Assembly (NCBI GenBank): GCA_947085185.1
Contig: CAMTVK010000002.1
Location: 64,001 to 128,000, forward strand
DNA from: Candidatus Fraserbacteria bacterium
GTDB taxonomy: Bacteria > Bipolaricaulota > Bipolaricaulia > RBG-16-55-9 > DRXL01
Direction of reading: 5' to 3'
Length of the DNA: 64,000 nt
The first letter of the stretch is position 1. Every line of letters starts with the position of its first letter. The notes beneath the pieces were generated by a model that was not told the origin of the DNA, did no database searches, and saw only the letters and a list, made by a program, of their open reading frames with translations. This document shows positions 8,874-17,739 of the stretch, in pieces. Position numbers and translations under genes: made by a program.

Positions 8874-10074
8874 CGTTGTTGATAACATCCGATTTTCTGT
8901 GCGCAATCTGCGCCACCGCCCCAAGCGCAGTTGGCTGACGATTCTGGGCATTCTCATTGGCGTTGCAGCCGTCATCGCGCTGGTCTCGCTGGGGCAGGGG
9001 ATGCAGCGCTCGATCACGCAAGAGTTTGAAGCTTTCGGCTACAACGTAGTAATGATCGCGGGACACGGCGAGCATCGCTTAGGTATGGGGGCGTTGCTCG
9101 GTGCGCATACGTTTCGGTTAGATTTGACCCCGCTGAAGAAGATCCCCGGAGTAGAAGCCATCGGCGGCGTCTTAATCAAGACGCCTTATGTCAGTGCGGG
9201 GCGGCGTGAAGGGTATCTATTGACTTGGGGCATGGCCCCGGAGTTGATGCAGGCGTTCGGCAATTACTATAAGCCGGAACTCGGCCGGGCGCTCAAGCCG
9301 GGCGAGACCCAGACGGCTGTGCTTGGGAGCATCGTTGCCAAAGACTTAGGGCTTTCCGTGGGCGACAAGTTCGTGATCGAGACGCTGGAGTTCGAGGTCG
9401 TCGGCATCTTGGAGAAGCGCGCCGATCCCGACGTCAACTACGCCATTATGGTCCCCATTGCGACGCTGCAAGAATTGGTCGGCGAGCGCGAACGTCTTTC
9501 GTTGGTACTGATTCGCACGGCGCAGCAACATGCCGGGCATGCCGGGCATGATGCCGCTAGTGTGGCCAAAGAAGTCCGCCGTGTGGTCAAAGAGCTGCGC
9601 GGCAAGGACGATCTCAACGTTCACACCACAGGCGAGATGCTCGATCTCATGCAGAACTTGGTGGGGATCTTACAGGCAGCGCTGGGTGGGATCGCGGCGA
9701 TCTCGCTGTTAGTCGGCGGCGTCGGCGTGATGAACACCATGTACACAGCCGTTCTAGAGCGCACGCGCGAGATCGGCGTGATGAAAGCCGTGGGAGCGCG
9801 CCGACGGCATATCTTGACGCTCTTTTTGCTGGAGTCGGGGTTCATGGGGCTGGTCGGCGGGCTGTTGGGAGCGTTGGTTGGTCTGGGGATCGCTGTGGGC
9901 ATCAAACTCTTGGCTCCGATCTTCATGCCGGGGACGACCTTAGAAGTCGGGTTCTCGCCGGGGCTGATGCTGGGTGTGCTGGGGTTCTCGTTCGTCTTGG
10001 GGGCGTTGTCGGGCTTCCTGCCGGCGCGCGCGGCCGCCAAGCTCCCGCCGGTCGAAGCCCTCAGGTATGAATAA
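8860..10074 (+). CDS. ABC transporter permease, MacB/FtsX type
   Basis: RSWLTILGILIGV, ERTREIGVMKAVGA and PVEALRYE motifs. Confidence 0.93.
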   Translation: MLFDSVVDNIRFSVRNLRHRPKRSWLTILGILIGVAAVIALVSLGQGMQRSITQEFEAFGYNVVMIAGHGEHRLGMGALLGAHTFRLDLTPLKKIPGVEAIGGVLIKTPYVSAGRREGYLLTWGMAPELMQAFGNYYKPELGRALKPGETQTAVLGSIVAKDLGLSVGDKFVIETLEFEVVGILEKRADPDVNYAIMVPIATLQELVGERERLSLVLIRTAQQHAGHAGHDAASVAKEVRRVVKELRGKDDLNVHTTGEMLDLMQNLVGILQAALGGIAAISLLVGGVGVMNTMYTAVLERTREIGVMKAVGARRRHILTLFLLESGFMGLVGGLLGALVGLGIAVGIKLLAPIFMPGTTLEVGFSPGLMLGVLGFSFVLGALSGFLPARAAAKLPPVEALRYE

Positions 10075-10094
10075 GAGCATAGATGGCCGCGAAG

Positions 10095-10111
10095 CCCCAC
10101 CTGGGGTGGGG
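10095..10111. promoter_or_regulatory. Putative CsoR/RcnR-type operator 2
   Basis: CCCCACC-tgg-GGTGGGG, intergenic. Confidence 0.55.
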
Positions 10112-10131
10112 AGATTCTCAAGGATGGCACG

Positions 10132-10314
10132 ATGAAGAGAACGGCATCAGCAGTAGCGGAGAAGGAACTGAAGGGGAGCCTGGCGGCTCACCCCCAAGCC
10201 AAGCAAGAGGCGGCCCGGATCATGCGCACGCTCTATGCGCTGCGCGAGGGTTATGCCCAACTTTCGCATCGGGCTGACCACGATCGAGAGGGAGGCTTTG
10301 GAGATCGGCTCTAA
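10132..10314 (+). CDS. Small hypothetical protein or gene remnant
   Basis: 60-aa ORF with an AAGGA SD, filling the operon gap. Confidence 0.35.
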   Translation: MKRTASAVAEKELKGSLAAHPQAKQEAARIMRTLYALREGYAQLSHRADHDREGGFGDRL

Positions 10315-10326
10315 GAGGGAGGAACT

Positions 10327-10794
10327 ATGAAAGACATCTGGGTCTGGTTGGCCGTCGCCGCCGCAGCCGTCGCGGCGCTCGTCGTCTTCGGTGTTGGCCG
10401 GAAGGCCCAAGTCGCCGTGCCCGGGCATGAGCAACATCATGCCGAAGAGATCGTGCAGGTCGGGGGTGGAAGCTATCGCAACATCGGCATAGAGCAGCTC
10501 TATCAAATGCTGCAGCAGAAAGGCTTTTGGCTCGTCAACGTCCACATTCCCTATGAGGGCGAGTTGCCCCAGACGGATCTGTTCGTACCGTACAACGAGA
10601 TCGAGAAAGATCTCGACAAGCTTCCGTCGGACAAGTCGGCCAAGATCGTGCTCTACTGCAAGAGCGGGCGGATGAGCGCGATTGCCGCCGAGACGATGGT
10701 CAAGTTGGGCTTCACAAACGTCTGGAATCTGAAGCAAGGCATGATCGACTGGAAAGCCAAGGGGTATCCGTTGCTGCAAAAGCCGAAAGATTGA
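10327..10794 (+). CDS. Membrane-anchored rhodanese-like protein
   Basis: N-terminal TM segment, IVLYCKSGRMS and VWNLKQGM motifs, His-rich linker. Confidence 0.88.
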   Translation: MKDIWVWLAVAAAAVAALVVFGVGRKAQVAVPGHEQHHAEEIVQVGGGSYRNIGIEQLYQMLQQKGFWLVNVHIPYEGELPQTDLFVPYNEIEKDLDKLPSDKSAKIVLYCKSGRMSAIAAETMVKLGFTNVWNLKQGMIDWKAKGYPLLQKPKD

Positions 10795-10955
10795 AAACTC
10801 CTGATGTCACGTTGAGCGATGTGAAGAAAATCCCGAGGGAGCATTGGAGCACAACGGCAGTTGGCCAAGCGCGGGTGGACCGCGAGCTCAAGGCAATCAT
10901 TGAAGTGACCAATTTTGAGTGCGAAGACATCCAAGAAGAAGGGGGAGACCAATGA
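10791..10955 (+). pseudogene. Remnant ORF with a CBS-domain-like fragment
   Basis: VTLSDVKKIPREHWSTTAV resembles the CBS segment of M50 site-2 proteases; overlaps both neighbouring genes by 4 nt. Confidence 0.4.
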
Positions 10956-11893
10956 AGACGAAGAACCAACGCACTAGACCCAAAAACCAACGCAGCAAGA
11001 AGACGCTCGCCTTCGCGCTGGGAGCCATCGCTCTCGTTGGTGCCGTGGCCGCTCTTATCGTATTGAACAGAGGGGAGACGTCGGCGTCGTACACGCCGGT
11101 GTCAGGCTTCCCCGATGTCCATGGCCTTGCCGTTGACCCGAACGATCCCCAAATTTTGTATGTGGGCACCCATCATGGGCTGGTCCGCGGTAGGGAGAGC
11201 GAGGGTCGCTGGAGTTGGGCGTTGGTCGGCAGCTATCGCGCGGACTTCATGGGGTTCAGCATGCATCCTAATGGGAAAGTCTTTTATGTCAGCGGGCATA
11301 AGGTGCCCGATGCGCCCCTGATGGGAGTGGCCCGCTCCGAAGACGGCGGCTTCTCTTGGAAGATCATTGCACTGCGCGGCATAGTAGACTTCCATACAAT
11401 GGCCATCAGCTGGGCCAACCTTGATGTTTTGTATGGCTGGTACTACGGCGACCGACGGCTCTATCGGAGCGCCGACGGGGGCAAGACGTGGAGGAACCCT
11501 GCAGCGCGCTCTCTCAGCGACGTATTGGCTTTAGCTACCGATCCGACCGATGAAAACCTCGTCTGGGCTGCTACCAAGGGCGGGCTATGGCGCAGCACCG
11601 ACAGCGGAGAGAGTTTTGCGCTTATAGGCTTTGCAGGCACTCCCGTGCTCACCGTGGCTGTTGATCCGACAAACCCACAGGTGCTGTACGCTTCGTTAGA
11701 GACGGGCCTACGCCGCAGCACCGATGGTGGTCAGAGCTGGGAGTCCGTCGGTGAGGGTATTGGGGAGATGATAGGCTATCTCGCGATCAGTCCCGCCAAC
11801 GCTGATCTCCTGTACGCTGCCACGTACTCGGCTGCCATTTATCGGTCTACGGACGCGGGCCTGAGCTGGAGCCTGATCAAGCCCGGCGAATGA
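10952..11893 (+). CDS. BNR/Asp-box beta-propeller (F510_1955-like), membrane anchored
   Basis: Repeated RSxDGGxSW; DVHGLAVDP, GTHHGL, DFMGF and DFH motifs. Confidence 0.85.
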   Translation: MKTKNQRTRPKNQRSKKTLAFALGAIALVGAVAALIVLNRGETSASYTPVSGFPDVHGLAVDPNDPQILYVGTHHGLVRGRESEGRWSWALVGSYRADFMGFSMHPNGKVFYVSGHKVPDAPLMGVARSEDGGFSWKIIALRGIVDFHTMAISWANLDVLYGWYYGDRRLYRSADGGKTWRNPAARSLSDVLALATDPTDENLVWAATKGGLWRSTDSGESFALIGFAGTPVLTVAVDPTNPQVLYASLETGLRRSTDGGQSWESVGEGIGEMIGYLAISPANADLLYAATYSAAIYRSTDAGLSWSLIKPGE

Positions 11894-11894
11894 C

Positions 11895-12185
11895 ATGAAA
11901 TCCTATCGGAAGCACGTCTTAGTCTGTTGTACCGAAGGTTGTTGCGGAGCGCGGGCCGGTGAGGCGTTCTATACTGCCCTGCGCGCTGAGCTGTCCGAGC
12001 GCTCTATCACAGATGTGCTCGTGACGCGCACGCTCTGTCTGGGCCTCTGCCCGGAAGAAGGGGCTACAGTTGTCGTCTATCCTGACGGCGTCTGGTATCG
12101 CGTCAGCGATCCCAAAGACGCGACGGAGATCGTTACGAAGCATCTGATTGGAGGAGAGCCGGTCCGGCGCTTGCTGGTCGAGTGA
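11895..12185 (+). CDS. Thioredoxin-like [2Fe-2S] ferredoxin
   Basis: HVLVC...C...CLGLC...VVVYPDGVWY pattern. Confidence 0.88.
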   Translation: MKSYRKHVLVCCTEGCCGARAGEAFYTALRAELSERSITDVLVTRTLCLGLCPEEGATVVVYPDGVWYRVSDPKDATEIVTKHLIGGEPVRRLLVE

Positions 12186-12386
12186 TGTAATGGGTCAAGA
12201 GATGGTTACCAGGGCCCAGGACCCAATCGGTCGAGATCCTATCTCACACAATGGGCGGCAGCACTGCAAACTCCGCAGGCATTCTGCCACAGTCGTGCCC
12301 CTGAGAGGATGCCCGCTCTCTTGAGCCATTTCCACACCTCCCCCTGGTAACGATCTCTTGGCGCAGGGACCCACTCCCCTTGACAA
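12186..12386. mobile_element. MITE-like element, copy 2 (right boundary of island)
   Basis: Direct repeat of 5696-5938; inverted repeat 12196-12213/12343-12360 with 1 mismatch. Confidence 0.7.
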
Positions 12387-12408
12387 CGGCAAAGAGTCGT
12401 GCTATGAT
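12380..12408 (+). promoter_or_regulatory. Sigma70 promoter of the aro operon
   Basis: TTGACA-17-TATGAT, with a TG extension. Confidence 0.75.
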
Positions 12409-12433
12409 ACGACTATCTCTCTTAGAGGAGGCG

Positions 12434-12523
12434 ATGAACATGCTAGCCGTGGGCCAAGCGATCACAGGAAAATGGTTTATGTTCTTTGTCGCCTCCTTCT
12501 TCTTTGGGGCCTCCCGGCCCTAA
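12434..12523 (+). CDS. Phe-rich attenuator leader peptide (29 aa)
   Basis: MNMLAVGQAITGKWFMFFVASFFFGASRP*; SD AGGAGG; lies between the promoter and aroF. Confidence 0.8.
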   Translation: MNMLAVGQAITGKWFMFFVASFFFGASRP

Positions 12524-12607
12524 ACACTTCTTTCACCTATAACTCAGACTGTCTCAGCAGATTCATCCCAAAGACGCTCTTTTCTTTGCTTCAGCAGGAG
12601 GTCTCGT

Positions 12608-13666
12608 ATGGTGATCATCATGAAAGTGGGAGCGAGTGAGAGCCAGATCGAGCAAGCCAGCCAAGAACTGGAACGCCTCGGGTTCAAGGTCCATCGAGTT
12701 GATGGGGTCATGCGCACTATCTTGGGAGCGCTTGGAGATAAGCGCGGCATTGATCCTCACAGGCTCGCCGTGCTCGATGGCGTCGAGGAGGTCGTGGAGA
12801 TCACGAAGCCGTATAAGCTCGCGAGTCGCGAATTTAACCCCGATGGCACGCTTGTCCCTGTGGGAGATGTGCAGATCGGGAGCATAGAGCTTGCGATCAT
12901 CGCCGGGCCGTGCTCTGTCGAGAGCGAGGAGCAAATAGATCAGTGTGCCCGGCTTGTGGCACAGCAAGGGGTGCGCTTGCTGCGCGGTGGAGCGTTCAAG
13001 CCGCGCACCAGCCCTTACTCGTTTCAAGGGCTGGGCGAAGCAGGCCTGAAGATGATGCGCGCCGCTGCCGATCGGCACGGGCTCTCCATCGTCACCGAAG
13101 TTCTAGATACGTCTCATGTAGGCGTGGTCGCCCCATATGCGGACGTTTTGCAGATTGGGGCGCGCAACATGCAGAACTTCGCGCTTTTGAAAGAGGTCGG
13201 GCGTTGCCAGAAGCCCGTCCTGCTCAAGCGCGGGATCGCCGCGACAGTCGAAGAATGGCTCATGGCTGCCGAGTACATCCTCAACGAGGGCAACCCCAAC
13301 GTCATCTTGTGTGAGCGGGGCATTCGCACGTTCTCCGACCACTTGCGATTCACGCTCGATGTCGGCGCCATCTCGGTAGTGAAGGAGTTGTCGCACTTAC
13401 CCGTCATTGTTGATCCCAGTCATGCCGCAGGGGTGCGCACGAAGGTCATTCCGCTGGCGCTCGCGGGGATCGCCGCTGGGGCCGATGGGCTCATCGTTGA
13501 GATCCATCACAATCCCGACAAAGCTCTGTGCGATGGCCCTCAAGCGCTGCTGCCCGAGCAATTTCGGACGCTCATGGACGAGCTGGGCGCGGTCGCGCGC
13601 GCGGTGGGACGCCGCTTGGTCCGTCATTATACTCCCAGCACTCAAACTTATGCGCAGAGTTATTAG
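12608..13666 (+). CDS. aroF: DAHP synthase type I-beta with N-terminal regulatory domain
   Basis: IAGPCSVE, GGAFKPRTSPYSFQG and IVDPSH motifs. Confidence 0.95.
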   Translation: MVIIMKVGASESQIEQASQELERLGFKVHRVDGVMRTILGALGDKRGIDPHRLAVLDGVEEVVEITKPYKLASREFNPDGTLVPVGDVQIGSIELAIIAGPCSVESEEQIDQCARLVAQQGVRLLRGGAFKPRTSPYSFQGLGEAGLKMMRAAADRHGLSIVTEVLDTSHVGVVAPYADVLQIGARNMQNFALLKEVGRCQKPVLLKRGIAATVEEWLMAAEYILNEGNPNVILCERGIRTFSDHLRFTLDVGAISVVKELSHLPVIVDPSHAAGVRTKVIPLALAGIAAGADGLIVEIHHNPDKALCDGPQALLPEQFRTLMDELGAVARAVGRRLVRHYTPSTQTYAQSY

Positions 13667-14924
13667 TCCTGTACATAGCTTAAGAGGCGCGCTGCGCGTG
13701 CCGGGAGATAAGTCTATCTCCCATCGGGCGTTCTTGATAGGAGCGCTGGCTGATGGCCCCGTGATCATCGAAAATATCTCAAGCGCTGCAGATGTGCAGA
13801 GCACGGCCCTTTGTCTCAAAGCCTTGGGAGTGACGGTAGAACCCCTCACGCAGAGAGGGGCACGCCTCAAGAGCGTTGGGCTTCGTCCGCCCTCTCACGC
13901 TCTTGATGCCGGCAACTCCGGGACTACCATGAGACTGCTCGCCGGGCTGTTGTCTGGGCATCCCTTCACAGCGACGATCACAGGTGACGCGAGCCTGCGC
14001 AAACGCCCTATGAGACGCGTTATTGAGCCCTTGACCCAGATGGGCGCTCAGATCGAAAGTCCAGGGGGCTTTGCTCCGTTGACGATTACCGGGGGCAAGC
14101 TTCGCGGGATTCGCTATGCGCTTCCGGTGGCGAGCTCTCAAGTCAAGTCTGCGCTGGTGCTCGCGGGCCTGCACGCCCGGGGAGTCACCACGGTGATCGA
14201 GCCAAGCCCTACTCGTGATCACACCGAGCGCATGCTGCGCTATCTCGAGGTCTCTTTAGAGACGATCAACGGAGCTGTGAGCATCCAGGGCGGCCTGCGA
14301 CCGAGGGCCAAGCCCATCGTCGTGCCGGGGGATTTCTCGTCAGCGGCGTTCTTTTTAGCGGCCGGCGCGCTCGTGCCCGATGCTCATCTCGCTATTCAAG
14401 ACGTTGGCATCAACCCGACGCGCACAGGACTTCTCGACGTGCTGGGCGAGATGGGCGCCCAGGTGTCTATACAGAATGTGCGCGAGATCGCTCACGAGCC
14501 TTGGGGGGATCTCGTCATAAAGACTTCCAAGCTGCGCGCGGTCCGGATCGGCGGTGCGCTCATCCCAAGGCTCATTGACGAGCTGCCCATCTTAGCGATC
14601 TGCGCCACTCAAGCCCACGGCGTGACGGTCATCCAAGATGCCCAAGAGCTGCGTGTCAAGGAGACCGATCGCATTCGAGCTGTTGCGGAGAATCTCAGAA
14701 GGATGGGCGCCCAGATCGAAGAGCGCCCCGACGGGTGGGTCATCCCCGGCTTGCAGAAACTGCACGGAGCCGTGCTCGATAGCTTCGGCGACCATCGGAT
14801 CGCTATGGCTTTTGCTATTGCCGGAAGCATCGCCCAAGGGGAGACGGTGCTCGAAGGAACTGAATGGGTGAACATCTCATATCCGGGGTTCTTCGACGAC
14901 TTGGGAAAGCTCACACGATCATGA
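13650..14924 (+). CDS. aroA: EPSP synthase
   Basis: PGDKSISHR, GNSGTT, RVKETDR and DHRIAM motifs; start moved to ATG 13650. Confidence 0.95.
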   Translation: MRRVISPVHSLRGALRVPGDKSISHRAFLIGALADGPVIIENISSAADVQSTALCLKALGVTVEPLTQRGARLKSVGLRPPSHALDAGNSGTTMRLLAGLLSGHPFTATITGDASLRKRPMRRVIEPLTQMGAQIESPGGFAPLTITGGKLRGIRYALPVASSQVKSALVLAGLHARGVTTVIEPSPTRDHTERMLRYLEVSLETINGAVSIQGGLRPRAKPIVVPGDFSSAAFFLAAGALVPDAHLAIQDVGINPTRTGLLDVLGEMGAQVSIQNVREIAHEPWGDLVIKTSKLRAVRIGGALIPRLIDELPILAICATQAHGVTVIQDAQELRVKETDRIRAVAENLRRMGAQIEERPDGWVIPGLQKLHGAVLDSFGDHRIAMAFAIAGSIAQGETVLEGTEWVNISYPGFFDDLGKLTRS

Positions 14925-15739
14925 TCAAGCTTGGCATCATTGGCGATCCCATTGAGCGCTCGCGCTCTCCAGCACTTCATAGCTGGGTACTGCAGCACCT
15001 CGGGATTGCTGGAGAGTATAGGGCGTATTGTGTTCGAGGGGACGACCTAGAAAACTTTCTGGAGACCCACAGAGAGCTCGTAGGGTTCAACGTGACCATC
15101 CCGCACAAAGAGAGTATTGTTCGCCATCTCGATGGACTCTCGCATGAAGCTTATCTCATTGGCGCTGTCAACACGGTGAAGAGCGAGCACAAGAGACTCG
15201 TGGGCTACAACACAGATAGTATTGGTTTTTTGCGCACGCTCCAGACGAGAGATCTCTTCCCCAAGCAGGCGATCATCCTAGGAGCCGGTGGGGCAGCGCG
15301 GGCTGTGGCCTACGCGCTCCTGCAAATTGGCACAAGCTCGCTGACGATCTTCAATCGCACTCCATCAAGAGCATGGCAGCTCACCCATGATCTTCGCCAG
15401 CACTTCCAAGAGAGCGCGATCTCCGTCGAGAGCGATCCCTGCGTCCTCATGGACGCTCTCTGTCACGCTGATCTTGTCGTGAATGCCACTCCCGCGCCGA
15501 TGCCCATCGTGCTGCCACAACGTCTTTCATCTGGGGCGCTCGTCTACGACCTGACCTACAATCCCCTCAAGTCTGACTTCTTAAAAGAAGCTGAGCGTCG
15601 TGGCGCTCAGATCTGCAACGGCTTGGATATGCTGATCTATCAGGCGCTCGAATCGCTCAAGATCTGGCTAGGGCGATCGGACCTAGAGAACGCCATGGAA
15701 ATTGAGGGACTGAAAAAATTCTTGGAGGAACTCTTATGA
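14921..15739 (+). CDS. aroE: Shikimate dehydrogenase
   Basis: [20 protein letters not shown] and GAGGAA motifs. Confidence 0.93.
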   Translation: MIKLGIIGDPIERSRSPALHSWVLQHLGIAGEYRAYCVRGDDLENFLETHRELVGFNVTIPHKESIVRHLDGLSHEAYLIGAVNTVKSEHKRLVGYNTDSIGFLRTLQTRDLFPKQAIILGAGGAARAVAYALLQIGTSSLTIFNRTPSRAWQLTHDLRQHFQESAISVESDPCVLMDALCHADLVVNATPAPMPIVLPQRLSSGALVYDLTYNPLKSDFLKEAERRGAQICNGLDMLIYQALESLKIWLGRSDLENAMEIEGLKKFLEELL

Positions 15740-16929
15740 GTCATTTGCGCTACTTGACGGCAGGGGAGTCGCACGGGCGGGCGCTCGTGGGGATTTTAGA
15801 GGGGATGCCTGCGGGGCTTCCCGTCAGCAGAGAGAAGATCAACGCGCAGCTCCAGCGTCGCCAGGGCGGCTATGGCCGTGGCGGCCGCATGAAGATCGAA
15901 CAAGATCAGATCGAAGTGCTCGCGGGGATTCGCTCTGGGGTGACGCTGGGAAGCCCCATCGCCCTTGTGATCTGGAACCGTGATTGGGAGAACTGGGGCA
16001 AGCACATGGACCCGTGGAACGCTCCTCCGGAGCGCTATCGCCCTGTGACTGTGCCCAGGCCGGGTCACGCGGATCTTGCCGGAGCTCTGAAGTATCGTCA
16101 TACGGACATGCGCAATGTCTTAGAGCGCGCGAGCGCTCGCGAGACCGCGATGCGCGTCGCCCTCGGCTCCCTGGCACGTCAACTTCTTGAATATTTTGGG
16201 ATCCAGATTGCCAGCCATGTGGTGCAGATTCACTCCGTGAGAGCGCGCGTAGACGCAGCAGAGCTCGATCTAGCAGAGCTGAATGCTCGCGCCGACGCCT
16301 CGCCGGTGCGCTGTCTCGACACTCACGCCGAACAAGAGATGATCGCCCGCATTGACCAAGCCAAAGCCGAGGGCAACACCGTGGGTGGAATCTTTGAAGT
16401 GATCGCAGCGCATGTCCCTGTGGGGTTGGGCAGCTATGTCCATTGGGATCGCAAGCTTGACGGGCGGATCTGTCAAGCGCTGGCGTCGCTGCCCGCGATG
16501 AAAGCCGTCGAGATTGGACTAGGGGTCGAGAGCGCCGCGCGTTGGGGTTCCACCTGCCACGACGAAATCTTTTATGTTGAAGAGTCGCAGCGCTTCTATC
16601 GCAAGACCAATCGCGCTGGAGGGCTTGAGGGCGGCGTCACCAACGGAGAGAGACTCGTTGTGCGCGTCGCGATGAAGCCTCTCTCTACGCTGGTGCGCCC
16701 GCTTGATTCTGTAGATATGCAGAGCAAAAGATCGGTCAAAGCCCACGTTGAGCGCTCCGATGTCTGCGCTGTGCCTGCGGCCTCGGTCATCGGTGAGGCG
16801 GTCCTGGCACTGGTGCTCGCCGATGCGTTCTTAGAGAAATACGGGGGCGATTCGATCGCGGAGATCGCTCAACGATATCTCAAATCGAGCGCCTGTAGGC
16901 AGACTGCTCCGTCTTGCGAAACTTCCTGA
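15736..16929 (+). CDS. aroC: Chorismate synthase
   Basis: [13 protein letters not shown] and ERASARET motifs. Confidence 0.96.
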   Translation: MSHLRYLTAGESHGRALVGILEGMPAGLPVSREKINAQLQRRQGGYGRGGRMKIEQDQIEVLAGIRSGVTLGSPIALVIWNRDWENWGKHMDPWNAPPERYRPVTVPRPGHADLAGALKYRHTDMRNVLERASARETAMRVALGSLARQLLEYFGIQIASHVVQIHSVRARVDAAELDLAELNARADASPVRCLDTHAEQEMIARIDQAKAEGNTVGGIFEVIAAHVPVGLGSYVHWDRKLDGRICQALASLPAMKAVEIGLGVESAARWGSTCHDEIFYVEESQRFYRKTNRAGGLEGGVTNGERLVVRVAMKPLSTLVRPLDSVDMQSKRSVKAHVERSDVCAVPAASVIGEAVLALVLADAFLEKYGGDSIAEIAQRYLKSSACRQTAPSCETS

Positions 16930-16981
16930 CGTGGGGAGTGTAAGTTATTTGCTCAAATTGCCCGACACGAAAGGAGTGGCC

Positions 16982-17212
16982 ATGAACAAGTGGATCTACG
17001 TGCAGATGCTCGGCGGACTGGGCTTCGCAATGGTCTGTATCCCGTTAGGGCTGACCGTCTTCCAGCTCAAGCTCCTTCTCGGCATCGATCCACGGAGCCT
17101 GGTCACCCTCCAGTCGGGGTTGCAGCCCCTTGCGGAGAACGAATCGCTCTATGAGCATGTGTCGAATTATGACACGGTCTATATCGTCTCGTATCGTCGG
17201 CTTGGATATTGA
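16982..17212 (+). CDS. Small membrane protein, hypothetical
   Basis: SD AAGGAG; hydrophobic N-terminus. Confidence 0.55.
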   Translation: MNKWIYVQMLGGLGFAMVCIPLGLTVFQLKLLLGIDPRSLVTLQSGLQPLAENESLYEHVSNYDTVYIVSYRRLGY

Positions 17213-17247
17213 CGCCCACTCCCTCGCGTTCCAGCGGGAGCCTGCTC

Positions 17248-17736
17248 TCACTCTTGAGGGGGGCTCCCGCTCCCTCCCTCCTCACACGAGCGGAGCGCCC
17301 GAGCGATCACGCTCTCAGAAAACCCGCGGCGCCGCAGAAATCCCATCACTCTGCGCTGTCGTGTCTTAGGGTCGAGCGCGCGCAGTCGTGCCAGCTTCTC
17401 ACTTAAGAGACGTCTTGCGAGAGACTCTTCGTCTATTTGGGCACGCGCGAGCGCGCGTTCGATGTGCTCGCGGGCGATGCCTTGGGCCTGGAGCTCACGC
17501 TCGAGCATCCGACGGCTCCGAGGGCGGCGCGCCAGACGGTCCTCGACCCACAACTGAGCAAACTTCGCATCGTCTAAGATCCCGGCGCGCTCGGCTTGGC
17601 TCACCACTGACTCAATGATCTTGTGCGAGAACCCTTTCTGGCGCAGCCGAGTCCAAACTTCATAGCAGCTGCGCGGCCGATATTGAAAGAGCCTTAACAG
17701 ATACGCACGAGCGCGCTCTTCTTCGGTGATGGGCAT
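17248..17736 (-). CDS. recX: Regulatory protein RecX
   Basis: LDDAKFA and FLRRRGF motifs; directly downstream of recA. Confidence 0.9.
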   Translation of the reverse strand: MPITEEERARAYLLRLFQYRPRSCYEVWTRLRQKGFSHKIIESVVSQAERAGILDDAKFAQLWVEDRLARRPRSRRMLERELQAQGIAREHIERALARAQIDEESLARRLLSEKLARLRALDPKTRQRRVMGFLRRRGFSESVIARALRSCEEGGSGSPPQE

Positions 17737-17739
17737 GGG

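Noticed and set aside
5696..12386. Repeats as integron attC sites
   Set aside because: No RYYYAAC/GTTRRRY ends, one repeat per multi-gene block rather than per gene, and no intI gene.
13407..13649. N-terminal extensions in the ORF track (aroA; also csaB, udp, the ECF ATPase, rtcB)
   Set aside because: Most overlap upstream genes or promoters; family homology and SD sites begin at later starts.
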